From sequence record OP120783.1: a stretch of 47,685 bases of DNA. One strand, given 5' to 3'. Under the pieces are notes generated by a model. The model saw only the letters and a list, made by a program, of their open reading frames with translations, had not been told where the DNA came from and ran no database searches. The DNA is from Cronobacter phage SG01. A program made the position numbers and the translations under genes. Positions 44,997-47,685 of this stretch are shown one piece after another. How positions within the stretch are numbered: the stretch's first letter is position 1; each line of letters begins with the position of its first letter.

Positions 44997-45036
44997 CACG
45001 AATTGCTAAACATGCCCGGCCATTTCCGGGCATAAT
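44994..45036 (+). promoter_or_regulatory. Repeat-family promoter I
   Basis: TAGCACGAATTGCTAAACA N18 CATAAT; spacer hairpin GCCCGG...CCGGGC. Confidence 0.65.
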
Positions 45037-45067
45037 CATCTCATCGAAAACAAATGAGGGCTTCAAA

Positions 45068-45277
45068 ATGTCAAATATCTTTATCGCTACTTCATCTTAC
45101 GGCGAAATCAAAGCAGGCGACCGTTTCGAACTGGTTCGCGGCGATGTTGATTACCTGCTGGCTGATGATGGTTACACGGTTGAGGTTGTAATTGACAAAT
45201 ACAGCCCTGACTTTGTTATCGCAGCGCGCGGCCCGCGCATCACCTTTGAATCAGAGGAAATGTATGTTCACGGTTAA
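45068..45277 (+). CDS. Hypothetical protein
   Basis: ORF with GAGGG SD. Confidence 0.6.
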   Translation: MSNIFIATSSYGEIKAGDRFELVRGDVDYLLADDGYTVEVVIDKYSPDFVIAARGPRITFESEEMYVHG

Positions 45278-45491
45278 CCTTACCAAAGAGCAGGCCATGA
45301 GCCTGCTTTCTTCCGCGCTCACCGGCGACAAGCTGGATCGAGATGTGGCAGATGAAGTTGTTCGTCAGGTGCAGCACCAGGCACATCCTTCACCAACTAA
45401 CGCGGCTGAAACTTCCGTATGGTTTTATGAGAGCGGCGCTCTAAATCGTCGCATTGAAGAATGGCGCGAGCGCCAGGTGGTGAAGGCATGA
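45264..45491 (+). CDS. Hypothetical protein (start MFTVNLTKEQ)
   Basis: Operon overlap. Confidence 0.55.
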   Translation: MFTVNLTKEQAMSLLSSALTGDKLDRDVADEVVRQVQHQAHPSPTNAAETSVWFYESGALNRRIEEWRERQVVKA

Positions 45492-45685
45492 AAAAGGCGC
45501 TCATTCACGAATACCGGATCGGCAGTGGTAACAATAGCCACATCCGCCGCGTAGTCTACTCGGCAGACAGCGAAGAATCCCGCGAAAAAGGCATGATGAA
45601 CTTTCAACTTTTAGGCGGTCGGATTTACTTCGCGGATGATGTTGTCGAGATTACCGAGCATGATTCGAAAACAACGCGTTTTTGA
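45488..45685 (+). CDS. Hypothetical protein (start MKKALIHEYR)
   Basis: ATGA overlap. Confidence 0.55.
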   Translation: MKKALIHEYRIGSGNNSHIRRVVYSADSEESREKGMMNFQLLGGRIYFADDVVEITEHDSKTTRF

Positions 45686-45745
45686 GTCGATTTTAAGCCG
45701 CCAAATCGCGCCTGTGGAGGGCGCGTTTTAAAGAGGTGTGATTGT

Positions 45746-46015
45746 ATGTGTATCATGGGCAAAATTGAATGTATGCCGCTTGGCGCTCGCCTGGTGGGGG
45801 TTCACGACCAGAATCTCGGGGATGATGTTAGCAACCCGGAGTTCTATAGCAAAGATATTGCCTTTAAACCTCAAAACATTGAGATCCACGATGGCAATTT
45901 CACGTTAATGGGTTCCTTCTCTCGCTCTCGTGATGGCCGCGCCGTGATTATTGAGATCGGGATTAAGCGCGGTTCGTGGGTTATGTGGGAATATGTTGAA
46001 GAACTTCCGTTTTAA
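45746..46015 (+). CDS. Hypothetical protein
   Basis: ORF with AGAGGTG SD. Confidence 0.6.
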   Translation: MCIMGKIECMPLGARLVGVHDQNLGDDVSNPEFYSKDIAFKPQNIEIHDGNFTLMGSFSRSRDGRAVIIEIGIKRGSWVMWEYVEELPF

Positions 46016-46024
46016 GGAGGCAAG

Positions 46025-46264
46025 ATGTTAGGTTTGAGCGAGCCGCACTACAACGCCGCAAAGGCAGCGGCCAAAAAATGCAGCGCCGAGATAAAGAGCC
46101 AGATCCAGAAGGGAAAGAAGTATGATGAGGTTGCTGGGTCGATAATCACAAAGCATTTCGAGCCGGTACACCTGATTACTGATGGCAAGGTAACGCGCAC
46201 GAAGTTCATTTGGATTTGCGGCTATCTAAATGGCCGGTTTGGAACGGCGTATGATTACGAATAG
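46025..46264 (+). CDS. Hypothetical protein
   Basis: ORF with GGAGG SD. Confidence 0.6.
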   Translation: MLGLSEPHYNAAKAAAKKCSAEIKSQIQKGKKYDEVAGSIITKHFEPVHLITDGKVTRTKFIWICGYLNGRFGTAYDYE

Positions 46265-46643
46265 AGCAATCGGATGCTGACCGGTTGACTTATGAAACTC
46301 ATGCGCTTAAGCTGGCATCCTTTACATAAGAGGCCCATCACGGGTAACGCGCGGCGCGATAGCCGCACCATGACAGCCGGGAGAGACCGGCACAAACCGG
46401 AAAGGGCATTTGGGCGATGGATTTTACTTTCGTTAACCATGTAAGTGCCCTATCCAGTTTTCGTCACGTTAGCGACTTTGCGGGTTTTTAGAAACCGACC
46501 ATAAAAGTAAATGCAAACGATGATCTGATGTTGATGGCGGCGTAACAGCCTTAAATCACGGGGTCTTCCGACTCCCCGCTACCAAATTCGGCGCACTGGC
46601 CCGGTGTGATTAATAATGGGCAACAAACCATTCAGAGGCGAAC
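46265..46643 (+). other. Hairpin-rich non-coding region upstream of terminase genes
   Basis: No credible same-strand ORF; at least five local inverted repeats (see findings). Confidence 0.6.
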
Positions 46644-46826
46644 ATGACGTTTAATGTGCGACTTAAGATAATGCTCATGGGCCGGGCCTGCCGGTCATGC
46701 AGTCAGACTTTTGAAACAACCGTACAGGCAAGCGGCGCTGAGGAAGCGGTAGCAGAAGCTAAGGCCAAAAGCAAAGCTGATCCTGAGACTCACAAGTTTT
46801 CCATACTTTCAATTAAGGAGATGTAA
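46644..46826 (+). CDS. Small protein with one CxxC
   Basis: MTFNVRLKIMLMGRACRSCSQTFETTVQ...; SD GAGG. Confidence 0.55.
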   Translation: MTFNVRLKIMLMGRACRSCSQTFETTVQASGAEEAVAEAKAKSKADPETHKFSILSIKEM

Positions 46827-47075
46827 ATGATCGAGTTTATCAATAGCTTTTCAGCGTGGACTATTTTCTTCCTGGGCTTCGCGGTTGGCATCTTTGCCAT
46901 CTCTGTCGCTGGGCATTTCGCATTGCGATATATGGTGAAGAAAAACCTTTACGCGTCGGCATCGTTCAACCCGAAACGAAATCTCTGGCGAGTTAATGGG
47001 CAATACCTGATGATATCCGCCAAGCTGCATGACGCCATCAAAACCGGAAGTTCTCAAGTCAAGTATGTTGACTGA
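46827..47075 (+). CDS. Small membrane protein
   Basis: N-terminal TM WTIFFLGFAVGIFAISVAGHFAL. Confidence 0.6.
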   Translation: MIEFINSFSAWTIFFLGFAVGIFAISVAGHFALRYMVKKNLYASASFNPKRNLWRVNGQYLMISAKLHDAIKTGSSQVKYVD

Positions 47076-47092
47076 CGGACACGCCGAAAACC

Positions 47093-47117
47093 AACCGCCC
47101 ATTGAGGCGGTTTTTTA
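47093..47117 (+). terminator. Intrinsic terminator upstream of terminase small subunit
   Basis: AACCGCC...GGCGGTT + T6. Confidence 0.8.
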
Positions 47118-47169
47118 TTGCCTGCATTCTGTTATAATCCGACCCCATGAAGAAAGGAGGATTTGACCT

Positions 47170-47685
47170 ATGAAAGATAAAAACGGTATGCCGGTATACA
47201 ACATGCGCGATCTGTACAATAAGAAATACGGTGATATCGCCAGGATGAACAAAGACAACCAGATCACTCCGGAGGAATTATTTAACTTTGCCGTGAAATA
47301 CTTCAAGTGGGCAGAGGAACAGTATATTCGCGCTGGTGAAACTGCATCATTCCAGGGTCACGTATACCAGACAGAGGTGGCGAAGCCTCGCGTGTTTACC
47401 GCCAAAGGCTTTTGTCTTTTTACCGGTTTTAATGAAAAGCGGCTCCTGGAATGGCGAAAGAAAGACGGATTCAGTGACGTAATGGCTTTCGTTGACGCTG
47501 TGATCCATGAGCAGAAATTTCAGCTTGCGGCTAACGGAATGGTAAACACTGGATTCATCATGCGAGACCTGGGTATGACTTCATCATCCGAAAGTGAAGT
47601 TTCCACCAGCGAAAGCGAGGCGATTGATAGCGTCAAAGCTGATGAGGTTCGCAGCGCCGTTAAATCTGTACTGGAGAAGCTTTAA
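47170..47685 (+). CDS. terS: Probable terminase small subunit
   Basis: VAKPRVFTAKGFCLFTGFNEKRLLEWRKKDGFSDVMAFVDAVIHEQKFQLAANGMVNTGFIMRDLGM; last gene before window edge; acidic/Ser tail. Confidence 0.7.
   Translation: MKDKNGMPVYNMRDLYNKKYGDIARMNKDNQITPEELFNFAVKYFKWAEEQYIRAGETASFQGHVYQTEVAKPRVFTAKGFCLFTGFNEKRLLEWRKKDGFSDVMAFVDAVIHEQKFQLAANGMVNTGFIMRDLGMTSSSESEVSTSESEAIDSVKADEVRSAVKSVLEKL

Noticed and set aside
46541-46583. tRNA-like 3' end (CGGGGTCTTCCGACTCCCCGCTACCA)
   Set aside because: No matching acceptor 5' strand, anticodon arm or GTTC T-loop found; treated as an ordinary hairpin.
32130-47685. Integrase / CI-like lysogeny module
   Set aside because: No tyrosine or serine recombinase or repressor-protease ORF visible; only one small HTH protein (24727..25185), so temperate lifestyle is not supported, although missing sequence cannot be excluded.

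Overview
The window is most of a tailed, lambda-like (siphovirus-type) dsDNA phage genome, probably infecting an enterobacterium. It starts inside the 3' end of the large terminase gene and ends with a small-terminase-like gene, so it may be a circular or permuted genome opened inside terL. The left 18.7 kb is a + strand structural module: portal, head morphogenesis, DUF2213 protein, two paralogous cement-like proteins, capsid, connectors, tail tube, tail assembly chaperone with an A-AAA-AAC frameshift site, tape measure, and gpM/L/K/I/J-like tail tip. It is followed by exonuclease, ERF annealing protein and SSB genes, a reverse-strand S74-type tail fibre, primase, HTH regulator, DEAD helicase, VRR-NUC, adenine methyltransferase, metallophosphoesterase and a lysis cassette (holin, SAR endolysin, unimolecular spanin). 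A reverse-strand early block (DUF3987, C5-methyltransferase-like, small ORFs) and a forward block of about 20 mostly unknown small genes (HAD, DUF550-like, dNMP kinase) complete it. The most interesting signal is non-coding. A 19-nt element (consensus TAGCACnnnnTGCTAAACA, an imperfect TAGCA-N5-TGCTA palindrome) occurs at about 14 intergenic sites on both strands, nearly always oriented with the downstream genes. In almost every case it is followed 17-18 nt later by a TATNAT-like hexamer, and a hairpin occupies the spacer or encloses the -10. I interpret these as dispersed, co-regulated, fused terminator-promoter cassettes. Other signals: a diverged pair of ~250 bp AT-rich elements with C-tract/G-tract flanks at 18.86 kb and 38.33 kb (candidate origins), and a ~380-nt hairpin-rich non-coding region upstream of the terminase genes. 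No searches or folding programs were run; all family calls are from recognition of the translated sequence.
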